Positions 1 through 12,400 of a DNA stretch of 64,000 bases are shown one piece after another (position 1 is the stretch's first letter; each line of letters starts with the position of its first letter). The translations under genes were made by a program, and so were the position numbers. The stretch covers positions 31,062,001-31,126,000 of the forward strand of contig OZ116703.1 of the NCBI GenBank assembly GCA_964199315.1. The letters are read 5' to 3'. Under the pieces are notes generated by a model that saw only the letters and a list, made by a program, of their open reading frames with translations, was not told where the DNA came from and searched no databases. Source of the stretch: Orbicella franksi. Lineage: Eukaryota.

Positions 1-432
1 GCTAAACAAAAGGTTTAATGACCAGAACAATGGCTGTGAACGTGCGTTATAATTCTTGGTACATTTCTTTGCCGTTCTCTGCAAAACAACAACATGAAAT
101 GATCAGATTCTGCATTGTCCAGAAAATGCGAACCACAACGGGTATTTTTTTATTTTTATTTCTAATGTTTTGCCCTGTCTCAGATTCAGTTTCGTCATAG
201 TTTTGACATTAAGAAACAAAGCAAAATGAATTTAGAGTATCGCAAGATTTCGTGGGTAAAATATAAAATCATTTTTTAATCGACGTTGTCCTCAGCGTCA
301 CGTCCTGGTTTCTTAAACTCCCCAATGTTAATCATTGAAACTGATCCTGATTAAAACCACTGAAACATGACACATGAAAGTATTAACCGTAAAGACTCAT
401 TTATTTGTTTGACTTTCTCAATCTGCTTGTAG

Positions 433-3400
433 GCACGGACATATCTGGATCCTGGAGAAATCTTCAAATCAGAGGCAGAGGAAGCATATGAGAAAACACA
501 GAAGGCAATTGAGATTTGCTCCTTCTTCAAAGAGACCTTTGAAGATGTCAGGAAAAATATTCAGAAATTCTTCAAGGAAGAACAACAAGTCAAGCAATGG
601 GAGTTTGCCAATGAGCTTGTGTTTACCAGAATGGACCAGTTTATCTCAAGATTAAAAACTGTTGAGGTTGGTATGCTGAACATGTCTCTGGCTCTGGTTT
701 TGAAAGAGGCGGCTTGACGGAGACTTGAAGTGCAATAGTTGTCAAATGTATTCACTTTCAACAAGGGCTGGTTTTGTTTTTGTAGCTGGGGAAGGGGAGA
801 TAATAGGAACCCGAAAAAGAAATGTTTCTTTCAGTGTTACTCCAGGGTATTTAGTTGTCATGTTGTACATATGAAGTGATCACTTATGTTTATTTGTTTT
901 GTTACTAATTTAGGACCTCTTTGCCACTACTATGGAATTTTCCAAACTGGAGAAGGTAGAATTGGGTGGCATCAAGGGCAAGATGCTAAGTCATCAAGTT
1001 GTGGAGATCTTCTCTGAATTCAGTGAGATTTTTGCTGTGTTTGGTAACCGAACCTATGATGGCTTGGATGCAACCAACAGGGTATGTAGTGTAAGACATG
1101 GACACATGTTAAGTGAGTTATCGTCACTGTGCCTTCAGAGTTGCTGGAGGTCTATAGCTTCTCACTTGATAGTGTCTTGATTTTGTTTAAAGAAGGAATA
1201 TGAAAGTTATAGATTTTTCTAAGTATTTGCAGAGATTGTAGAGTAGACTTAATTTAATAATCTGATAATTATTTTGCATTATTTCTGATCTTGGCTTCCA
1301 ATTTGCTGTATTTGTAGGAATTTGTTGAAGACTACAACCAGTTTAGGGAAAGAATAGCTGATCTGGACAGGAGACTTGCATCAATTGTGTGCCAAGGGTT
1401 TGATGATTGTCCAAGCACAGAAGCTGCATTGAAAGTAGGATTCAATTGAACTGAATGAATATTAAAATATCATTTATAAAACTGAAAAGCGTTGTTGTGT
1501 TTTTAAAGATAATTGTTGCATTTGTGTTATCAAGACCGTTTGGAAAACTGTTAAACTAAATAATTCTTTTGAATCCTCTTAGCTTCTCGACTGTTTTGGT
1601 TCTCTGTTGGACCGACCACTGATTCACGCAGACTTTGAATACAAGTATCCCATCCTACTAAAGATGTACGAGGAAGAACTGGATGAAGCTAAGATGATCT
1701 TTGACGGTCAAATGCAAGTGGCAGGTGATGAAGGAACACCACCAATCAACAAGAACATGCCTCATGTTGCAGGGGCTCTGAAATGGTCGCAAGAACTCAG
1801 AGACAGGATCACTAAGCCTATGCAAGCACTCAAACTTTCAGTCAACCATGGGTAGGTGGAACCATGAAATTCAACTGCAGTGACAAGTCTAAGTTAACTT
1901 CTATTAGCTTATCATTATGACAATCTTTGATTTTTCACAACATTTTTACCTAACTATGGAAAGGTTGTGAGAAAAGAGCATTAACTTTTGCATCTCTTCC
2001 ACTGCATGCCTTCTTTCCTGTTTATTCTCACCTGGCTTTTGGGACTCTTCTGTTGGGACACCAAAGTGATTGTTCTCCAAACTAAATTGTTGGTTCCCTC
2101 TATTACTTGTGAAAATACTAACCTCTGTTTTCTTCAAACCATCAGTAGTTGTTACTTTTGGATGTTGATTTAGGATCTTCGCTATCGTGTGTCCTCTGGT
2201 TCCACTCAGTGCTGAAATGATCACTTCTGTTGAACTTTGATATGTTTGCTAAACTTCACCTCTTGTGTCAACATCTACAGTTTTCTGTTTTCTCTCTGTC
2301 AATTTTCTTTCTTTTGTTCTCTTACTTGCTCATCTGTCTTCCAAGGCCGGACAGTGTTTTTCCAATTATTCATGCTTTGGAAAGGTAGGAAAACTCTTTA
2401 ACAAGGCTTTCTTGATTCTTCTCTTTAATGGTTCATACTGAGAACTTATTGTCTTCCACTTTGCTCTGCCTGTGTTTACTGTTAATGTTTTACAATTTGT
2501 ATATAATGTGCTCTCTTGCACGGGAACGTGCCTCTAGCAGGAAATCAAACGCTTGCCAATTGTGTAAACCCCACCTTATACATCTCAGTTTCTGATTTTT
2601 CTTGATCACTTGCAACTTAATTACACCTTGATCTTTGATCATGCTGTTTCAGTATCACTTACTATTGCTCAGGGAGATTCTTTTAGTCATACAATATTGC
2701 ACTGTGATTTCTGTCTTTCTCCTTTGTATGGTGAGTTACATTGTCATACAGTTGTATCTCGCTTCTTCCTTTGATGCCACATTTCCAAGCATTTCCATTG
2801 TTTATAATTGATGTTTTCTATTGGTTTCTGTGGCTGTGTGCAGAGAAACCACTTAAGGACTTTTTGTGCACTGAAACATTATGTCAGGCTTTTAATATGT
2901 GTAGGTGAATTTGTTGTCCCATACTGAAATTGAAGTGGGTTCCTCTTGTTTTCATTACCTTCTTTCTTTGCTTTGATTGAGCACTTGCTTGAAAACAGAA
3001 GGTGTGATGTTATTATTTAAGTCTGGTTTTAGTTTCTTTTTGTAGTTTTTTTTTTTTGGATGATGGTAATGAATTTGAGACAATGAATGATAAAGAGCAA
3101 ATTGTGTTTTGAAAAGTTTCCTTGATCAGTAGACATAAGTTCGTAAGAAGTTTTTTCAGCTACATTTCAATGTAGATGTAATCAACTTGTTGATTTTCCA
3201 GCACTCTTGAAACTGCTGAGGCCATGATGATCTTCAATAAATTTGATGAGATGTCCAAGCTCTTGAACACGTAAGTTGATCTAGTTCTTGAAATCATGTA
3301 AGATTTGTACAGCACGGTAAACAGTATCATATGAAAGTACTGCACAATAGCTTTCATTTGAATGGTCACACACTAGGGATTTATCCACAGACTTAAAAGT

Positions 3401-6400
3401 TAGAACCACCTCGTAGAGCATAATAAACAGTATCACATGAAAGTACTTCTCAATAGCTTTCATTTGAATGGTCACACACTTAGGTTTTATCCACAGACGT
3501 AAAGGTTAGAACCACCTCGTAGAGCGTAATAGTGCCACATGAAAATACTGACAGATATCTTTCATTTGGATAGTCATACCTATTGCTTGCAAGAATTTTA
3601 TCCAAGAATTAAAAGTTTGTATTTAGATTTGGTTTATTCTTGCAGCTATGAAGAGAAAGTGTATGTTGATTGGACCAAAGATGTTGGTTCCATCTCACAA
3701 GAAAATCTGGACAAGCCTCTCATTATTAGAGACACAAACACAAAGCTGATCAAAGTGAATTTTGATCCACAGGTTTGTTCCTCTGCGTTTGTTAAATATT
3801 TCTTCTCAAATCAGAAGAAATTGAGATATTTATTGATTAAAAGTTGCTCAAACAAGTGGTACGTTGAAAGTGAAAAATTCACAATATTTAGAGAGGAACA
3901 GGTCCCATATTCTGTTCGAATTGGAATCTGGAGATATTGGTTTTTTGGAGGGAGGAAAACTGGAGAACCCGAAGAAAAAACCCCGGAGCAATGCGAGAAC
4001 TAACAACAAACTCAACTGACCCGCATATGACACCGGGCCGGAATCAAACCCGGGCCTCATTGGTGGGGGCGAGCGGTATCCCAGCAGGGAACATCCCAGC
4101 TCCTCTGAAGCCAAAGCTTAGCAATGACAGTATTTATAGTGTGCAATAAATGACGGAAAATTTCTGTCCTGTTTTAGTTGATTGCTGTGCTGCGTGAGGT
4201 TAAATACTTAGAAAATGCACAGAACGAAACCCTGGAGAACATTCCTGAAAGCGCTACTGGCATCTACGCCAGGAATGAGACTTTCCACAAGTTCTTGTCA
4301 AATCTGGACTTGACTGTTGCTTGGTACAACAAAGTTAGAGAGACACTTCTTGACGTGGAATTTCCTCTCGTCGAAGGACAGTTACAAGAAATAGATGGCC
4401 AACTACAGCAGGCAGAGACGACTTTGAATTGGAACAGCGAAGGTTTGTGTGAAAATTTCATTTTGGTTCCTTCTATACTAAGGAGAAAAACATGCCCTGA
4501 AGATTGAAGAAAAAACTTAAAGGCTGTCTTCCTAAGTACTGCAATCAGGCTCCTTTGTACTGAAAGGCTTTTTTACAGGAAGGATTATGGTGAGTTATGA
4601 ATAATAAAGGCTGTTATTTAGGGCAAATTTGTTTTCTGATCACCAGGCGCTTGGGAGTACATCGAGAAGACGAGAGATATGGTACACGATCTGGAAAAAC
4701 GCGTCCAAGCGGCCAAGAACAATGTTGAAAGCATGAGTCAGTTGATGACGAAATGGTGTGAAGCTCCACTGTACGAAAGAAAGGAAGGCAAGAAGGAAGG
4801 CCTGCTGAACTTGGAGGTGAATAAACATCAACATCTAGTTTAAAATGGTTGAAAGATTGTCGAATTTGTTGTCAGTGTAATAAGCTAGAATTTCTCGTTA
4901 ACAGGACAGTGAAACAAACCTTAACAAGCGCTACACTTTGATCCAGCAAGCAGGAGATAAAATCCACGAGCTCATGCAGGTATTTCGCTTCTTACAGTAT
5001 CAGTATTGCCGGTGTAAATCAGACAGGTGATGCAAGGATTCTTGAATCACTGACTAGGAGATATTTTAATGATGGACCGTGAAATTCTCACAATGGATAT
5101 TAAAAGAAATTTGTGTCATTAAAGAGAGTTGATATTTGAAGATGTAGACTGAAAGGGTGAAAAGCAAGGTCTAAAGCCTGTGAAGGTACAGTTGATAGTC
5201 GTGTGGTTTCTGGAAGCTATATCTTACTTTGTACTGCGAAGAAGCCTTGGTAAAATGAAACTGTGTTGAACTACAAGGATTCAGAGATGGTTTGTCAGCG
5301 TTTTCACTTTTACACTTGTCAGTGCCAAAAACATTATTGGTTTTCAAAGAGTTTTTTTGCGCGTAAAAAAGAAGAAAAAGCTCCGAATAGTCGCAACATT
5401 TTCAGCTCTCTTGAAGAGTTCCAGAATTATATAGACAATCATATAGTATACTGTAAATGTTGTTGTCAGTAAAAGATGTCGACATTTGATTTGGTTTCCA
5501 CAATGCCATCCCCAGCAGGTAATTAATTCATTTAACCCTTACATGGCATTTTATCTTTCAGAATAACTTGGAGCTTTTTAAAGCCGAGGCGTCGTCCGAA
5601 ATCTGGCGAGCTTATGTAGACTATCTGGATGATATGGTCCTCGATGGCTTCTTTAACTGCATTCATTGTTCACTCAACTATCTCTTGGAGAACACAGACA
5701 CTAAACACAACACTACTGGCCTGTTTGAGGCCAAGCTTGAGCTGCAACAACCTGAAATGGTGTTTATACCGTCGCTGGATTTCGGCGTGTCTGACGGGTT
5801 TTATGAACTTGTGGAAAGAATTGTTAACGATGTGTACAAGATGGCTTCACTGGTCAAGAGGTTGGCTGAACATAATGGATCTGAACATTACCAGGTGAAG
5901 ATATTAATTAAATATAAGACAGTCAGCTGAACTTTTCTAGTGGTAATCTAGCTTATGAAGAGCTTACTGTTTATCGTAAAGACGAAGCAAACAAACAAAC
6001 AAAGTAACAAAAGAAGTCTAAACTTCTTATTTCCATCCAAACGCTGTGGGATAAATTTGGTCATGATTGTAACAATGTTTCAATTTTTAGCGCGCTTTCG
6101 AAAGGCCATAAACGACTTAGGTCGATGGTCACCTGCTAGTTGAAAGATTTTACAGCACAGAACTCGGCAAATGGTACAAACCCACTAGAAAGTAAGGCCT
6201 GAATGAATAAGGTGGCGGAATGGAATTGGATTACAAGTGGCTTTAATTTGACGATTCTACACCACAAATTTTGTTAAAGTACGGTATTGATTCCTTTGAG
6301 ACAAAAAGGAACATTGCTGATGTAATTACAGTTTGCACCAAACTATGAACGTAAAAAACACTTGACGTAATTGAGTCCTGATTTCTGTTTCGCAGAACGA

Positions 6401-9400
6401 TGTAGAAGACATGCTTGATTTATCGGAGATGCGTCAAGACATGATGGATCGTGTAACAGGCATCATGAACAAAGCCAATGAATACCGCAGTTCTTTCGAT
6501 GCATACGCTTACTTGTGGCTAGATGACAGGAATGAGTTTATGAGACAGTTCCTCTTGTACAACCACGTACTAACAGCTGAGGAGATTGAAGCTCACGCTG
6601 AAGAAGGAGTTCCAGAGAATCCTCCTACTCTGGCTCAGTTTAAGGAACAGGTAAGACAATTGTTTGGGATGAATATCAAGAGCGAAAAAATTTAAACTTC
6701 AACTTTTTTATTATTGCGCACTATTTACAGAGTTAATTTACATCAGTATTATAAAAGAGATATAAAAAAGAGAAATATATGTTTCATATGGCTATGGAAA
6801 GACTAAACAAATATGCGCGTGGTAACCAGGCTAGCCATGTCTTTCGGGATGGTTACAACCATGTTAAGCTAAATGTGGTAGAACAAAAGTTCATTACAGA
6901 GGGAGCGACATAAAAGAGTTTTGTTTTGTATAGATAAGAATTTTTCTACTATCGTACGTTTTATGTGGCTTTGTTGGAAGCAAGGCATGGCCACTTTAAC
7001 TGTAAAACTGACTATTTCTAAAAAAAAAAAAAGGTGTTTTTTTTCATCACAAGTGAAAAGGTTTTCGCTTTAAATTCTGAATGTGCTTTGAATTTGACAA
7101 TGTAAAGCGCGCGTACAGTGTACCAAGCGAATTGACAACGATGATATAGCCAAACAAATTCAAAGATTTCTGACGTTTTTTCAGTCAATTAATCTCCACA
7201 TAGTTTCCCTTGTAGTTCTTTAAGATACCCGAATGAATGGTGTTAAAATTAAAGTTCACTGAATAACACGCAGGCTTTTCTTACTCAAGTTTTACTGAAA
7301 CAAGAAATTTTTTATTTTTCCTAGATCGACACCTATGAAAAGCTGTATTCTGAAGTGGATGAGGTGGAGGGAACAAAGATCTTTGATACATGGTTCCGTG
7401 TGGATGCCAGACCCTTCAAACAAGCGTTACTGAATATCATCAAACGATGGAGCTATATGTTCAAACAACATCTTATTGATCATGTCACAAACAGGTATCG
7501 CTTTTGTCCGTCTCTGATTAGTTAGAATAATGGCCGACTAGACATTTTGACTCTGATTAAAAGTTGTTAGCGCAAAGAAAACAAGGAATACATTTCTGGT
7601 CATGTCAGTCTGTTCTATCCCCTGTTGGAATCCACAACTCTTTAGTTGTAGAAAACAGAATTGAGACGTGTTTGCTGCTAGTGAATTCGTTTTAAGAAAC
7701 TATGGAATCTGGAGAGTTATTCCACTACATCTTGACGTGACAAAATGAACTGGAAACGCCATACATTTCTAGTTAAAATTACAATCTTATAACTCAGTAA
7801 CGTTTGTTTTTCTTCAGCCTGAACGACTTAGCAGAATTCATCAAAGTAGCAGATGTTGGTTTGACACAGCCTGTAGAGGAAGGAGATTACAACGGCTTAG
7901 TGGCTGTCATGGGACACCTCATGGCTGTCAAGGACAGACAGACAGTGACTGATGAAATGTTTGAGCCACTTAAACAGACTATTGAACTTCTCAAGACATA
8001 CGGACAAGAAATGCCAGAGGAAGTACACACACAGCTTCAGGTAAAGTCAATTGTTGCTGCTACAAAGAGAGTTATTTTTTATGAATCGTTCTATAACTAT
8101 AGACCAAAGGCGTAAAATTTTCGTTTGCCACTGAAAGGCATTATAGGGGTTGCACCTAACGGATAAAAGTCGAGCTTTCTGTAAGTCGCCGTTCACACTA
8201 CGCCCTGAGAAATTTGAAAGCGTAGCTTTATTTCTACAGTTAGGCCTACCGTCCACACTAATCCGTCACGAAAAAGGAGTTTTTCGAGAACTCTCTTCAA
8301 ACCGGAGGAATTTGAGAAACGCCGGCTTTACGTGTTAATGTGGACGGAAAACATTTTGAAAACGGAGCTACTATATTCGAAAACTGTGATGTCACGATAA
8401 TCTTGTAATTTCCCTGCCCGAGTTTTTCTCAAACACAAATCCAAAATGACTGGTAATTGTTGCGTTTTTGAATTTCACCGGCGTAGTGTAGACGGAAAAC
8501 GTTTGATGCGTTTCTAGAGTTCCTCCAGCCTAGTGTGGACGGGGCGTTAAGAGTGTTTGATACACTTTTCTGCTCACAACAGCGTCCTTTTCAGGGCGAT
8601 TTGAAGGCAGTAAAAGTGCAGTTTTCAAACAAAAAGCTAGTATTGATCAATAACTTCTGGGCAAATGAGCGAGCGAATCTGAACTCCCCTGTGAACTTGT
8701 TTATACACAGGAACTTCCAGAACAGTGGAACAACACCAAGAAGATTGCTGTGACAGTGAAACAACAGGTGGCTCCTCTTCAGGCCTCTGAAGTCGCCATC
8801 ATCAGACGAAAATGTGGACAGTTCGATGTAAGTTTGAAAGTCTGCTACCTCTTAGTATCACAACGTAACGCTTTTGAAGTTGTTTTCATCTATTTTGTTT
8901 TCTGATTTTGTTTTTTACAGATCAAACAGCACGAATTCCGAGAGGACTTCCGCAAGACAGCTCCGTTCCAATTCGATTCCACGAACTATTACGATCGCTT
9001 AGACAGGGTCAGTGCTATGTTTCTCATGTTATTTTTTGCGGTAGCCTTTGCAATGGTTGGTACCTTTTTAAAAGGTCGCGAATTTTGTGCGAAGGATTTC
9101 TAAGCCTACAAGGCTGGAAAAAACCTTGTAAACATTTGTGATCTTAAAGCAGTCTTTGGAGCGCCCAACACACTTGATAGAGCCATCAGGTCATCAATTT
9201 ACCAGATATTGTTTTTGTATTCACAGGCCAACTTCCAGATCTGTGCCATGGAGGAAGAAATGAACGCGCTTTCCGAGTCCGCCGGCCTATTTGAGGTGAA
9301 CTTCCCTGATTACAAACAGCTTCGTGCATGCCGCCGTGAAGTGTCCCTTCTCAAACAGCTCTGGGACATGATTGAAGTTGTTTTAAGCAGCATTGACGAG

Positions 9401-12400
9401 TGGAAGTACACACTGTGGGCCGACATCAACGTCGAGAACATGGAGATGGAGTGTAAGAGGTTTGTGAAGGAGATCCGGGGACTTGACAAAGAGATGCGTG
9501 CATGGGACGCGTTCACTGGACTGGACTCTACTGTCAAGAACATGGTGACGTCATTAAGGGCTGTGGGAGAGTTGCAGAATCCGGCCATCAGGGACCGCCA
9601 TTGGCAACAACTTATGCAGGCCACTAAAGTGAGTTGCATTTCCATTCCAGTTTCAATTCCATTTCAATTCCGAGGTAGTGTTTTGTGCACAAACGTTGCC
9701 ACCATTTGACAGGTCAGATTATTTGTTATTTAGGCCGGTATAGTGAAAAACTGTGACCGAGGTCTTGAAAATGCTGCCCGAGGCCGCAGACCTGAGGCAG
9801 AATTTTCAGTCGAGGTCGCAGTTGACTGTGGTCAGCGATAGGAAAATCCGGACTGCGCTAAGAACCAATCAGATTGCAGGATTCGTTGCCGTGCCCTCTT
9901 AGACAAAAATTAAAAGGTTGATATTACACTTGACTTATTTGTAAATTGCACGTTATGTTGCGTGACTTTCTTGGACGTGAAACCAAAATCAAATCTATTA
10001 GTCACACATAGTTTTGGAAAACACGAGAAAACATCTCAAAAGTTGAAAGCCCTTGACTATGCTGTTCCCTTTCAGGTGAAATTTGTGATGAATGACGATA
10101 CAAACTTAGCTGATCTGCTGGCCCTCAACCTGCACAACTTTGAAGACGAAGTCCGTGGAATCGTGGACAAGGCCACAAAAGAACTGGGAATGGAGAAAGT
10201 GCTGAAGGAATTGGATGTCACTTGGTCGCAGATGGAGTTTGAATATGAAAGCCACTTAAGAACCGGTATCCCATTACTCAAATCAAGCGAGGAATTGATT
10301 GAAACTCTTGAGGATAACCAGGTAACAATAATCTACAGTGATTTTTGCAATAACATTTTTCCTTTAAAAAGTATTAAAAAACGTTCTCTGGTTAAAAAGA
10401 TTAAAACATAAGCTTTCGGCTATCAGTCTATAGCATTTAACATAATGCCTATAACAATTTTCCTGTTTAGTATGTCACTTCCGATTGTCTTTTAAACATC
10501 TGCAGTAAAAATTCATCGTTCCTTTGATTCTGGACAAACAGGTCGCCCTTTTGTTGGTTTTCCAATTAATTGATATTTGAAGCTCAAACTGCCTCAAAGC
10601 AACCACGTGCCAACAAGTTACACGTGCGCTGGTAACTCCTTTCATTGGCTGATAAGTTTTCTAAACCGGCAAAAAGATGACGAAAAGTGTCTGCTTTTCT
10701 CCATCTGTTTCGAGTATTTGATGGATTAATTAAGTGAATGAATATTTCTTTTTTCCTAGGTGCAACTTCAAAATCTAATCACATCCAAGTACATCGGGCA
10801 TTTCTTGGAAGAAGTCTCTTTGTGGCAGAAGAAGCTGTCTGTGTCAGACTCTGTGATCTCCATTTGGTTTGAGGTGCAAAGAACTTGGTCTCATTTGGAG
10901 AGTATCTTCATTGGCTCTGAAGATATTCGTAACCAGTTGCCTGAGGACTCCAAACGATTCGACGGAATTGATGTTGACTTTAAGGTGAGCGCAAAGGAGT
11001 GACTTTTTTAAAACCGTTTACTGATTATAAATAAAAAAGATATCTTAAGTGCAGCTTCATTTTCTGTCAGGTAAAATTGATTTTGGCAAAATTGCAATGG
11101 GCTGAAACCGTTTACCGTTCTTAATAAGGACTGCCGAACACTTGTAATTTGTCCCTACTGTTTTTATAGGAATTGATGAAAGAGGCCGCGGAAATCCCGA
11201 ACGTGGTGAATTGCTGCAACAGAGAAGGACTGTATGAGAAGCTGGAAAACTTACAAGAAAGGTGCGTAATGAATGTTTCACTGAAATGATCCCAAAGGCG
11301 GCAAATAATGTGAGGTACCAATCAAAAATCTAGACAGAAATCAGTAACTTGTGAAAAAAGGCAGGGAAACTTGAGTGAGGGAATTTACGATTGATTCGGT
11401 TTAGCCCCCAAAAAGAAAACATCATTGCTCTGTTTGCCGCGCCAGAAAACGCTGTGTAAATTTTCTTTACCCATCTCAGAGCCCAGCAAAACCAATAAGT
11501 AATAACATTGTTTATTTGTTCGTGTAGGTTGTCACTTTGTGAGAAAGCCTTGGCCGAGTATCTGGAGACCAAGCGTCTTGCCTTTCCGCGGTTTTACTTC
11601 GTGTCGTCTGCAGACTTGCTGGATATTCTCTCTAAAGGCAACCAGCCTATTGAGGTAAACTTTTAGAGCCTAAAAGTTTTTTCCCCTCTCATACCAGCAG
11701 TCGTAACGAAAGGTTGGGGCTAAAAAAGTTCAAACATGGATGAACTTTTCTTTTGGATGCTTCGTTCTGCAAACCATCCAGTGAGATAACCAAAAAGTTG
11801 TAGCCATGGACCCTTTACAGTTCCAAAAATGATCCATGTTTTATTTCGACATGTCACGCAAATTAGTGAAGACGAAAGCAGCTATCATCGACTACGAAAT
11901 ATTTAAGTTTTAAGTTAGGAGAATTTTAACTTTTATTTCGTTGTTGTGTTTGATAGGTTAGTCGTCACTTGTCCAAGTTGTTTGACAACATGGCGAAACT
12001 GAAGTTCGTAGATGATGCTGATGGTAACCCCACTAAGGAAGCTGTTGGGATGTACAGTAAAGAAGGAGAATATGTGGACTTCGACAAGCCTTGTGACTGT
12101 TCAGGACAGGTAAAAAAAATATTTAGGTTTATTTCTCTAGAGTTTTCCTGTTTTTGAGTCTGAGATTCTGCTTCGGAATGATTGAATAAACAACTTGATA
12201 CACGTATTGTTTTGAGTTTTAAGCACAACTGTTTTGCCTAGGAAATACAAAAGTCAATGGAAAATTGCTATATTTGCGTGCATTCGCAGAATAATGATTC
12301 TTTTAAGGCTCTGTCCACGCTTCGCCGGAGAAATTTGAAAATGCAGCTTCTGGCCTACCGTCCACACTAATCCGTCACGAAAATGGAGCTTTTCGTAAAC

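Noticed and set aside
1852-3201. Large dynein intron with purine-rich minus strand and fragments like GTFPCKR suggesting a decayed Penelope/LTR element
   Set aside because: Frames are riddled with stops, and no RT or endonuclease motif could be confirmed.
3160-3475. Minus-strand ORFs MTIQMKAI...
   Set aside because: They are translations of the ~106-bp tandem repeat; no splice support or domain.
7495-7505. Possible U12-type donor gtatcgctttt
   Set aside because: It deviates from RTATCCTT at +6, and no TCCTTAAC branch site was seen; a normal U2 intron is more likely.
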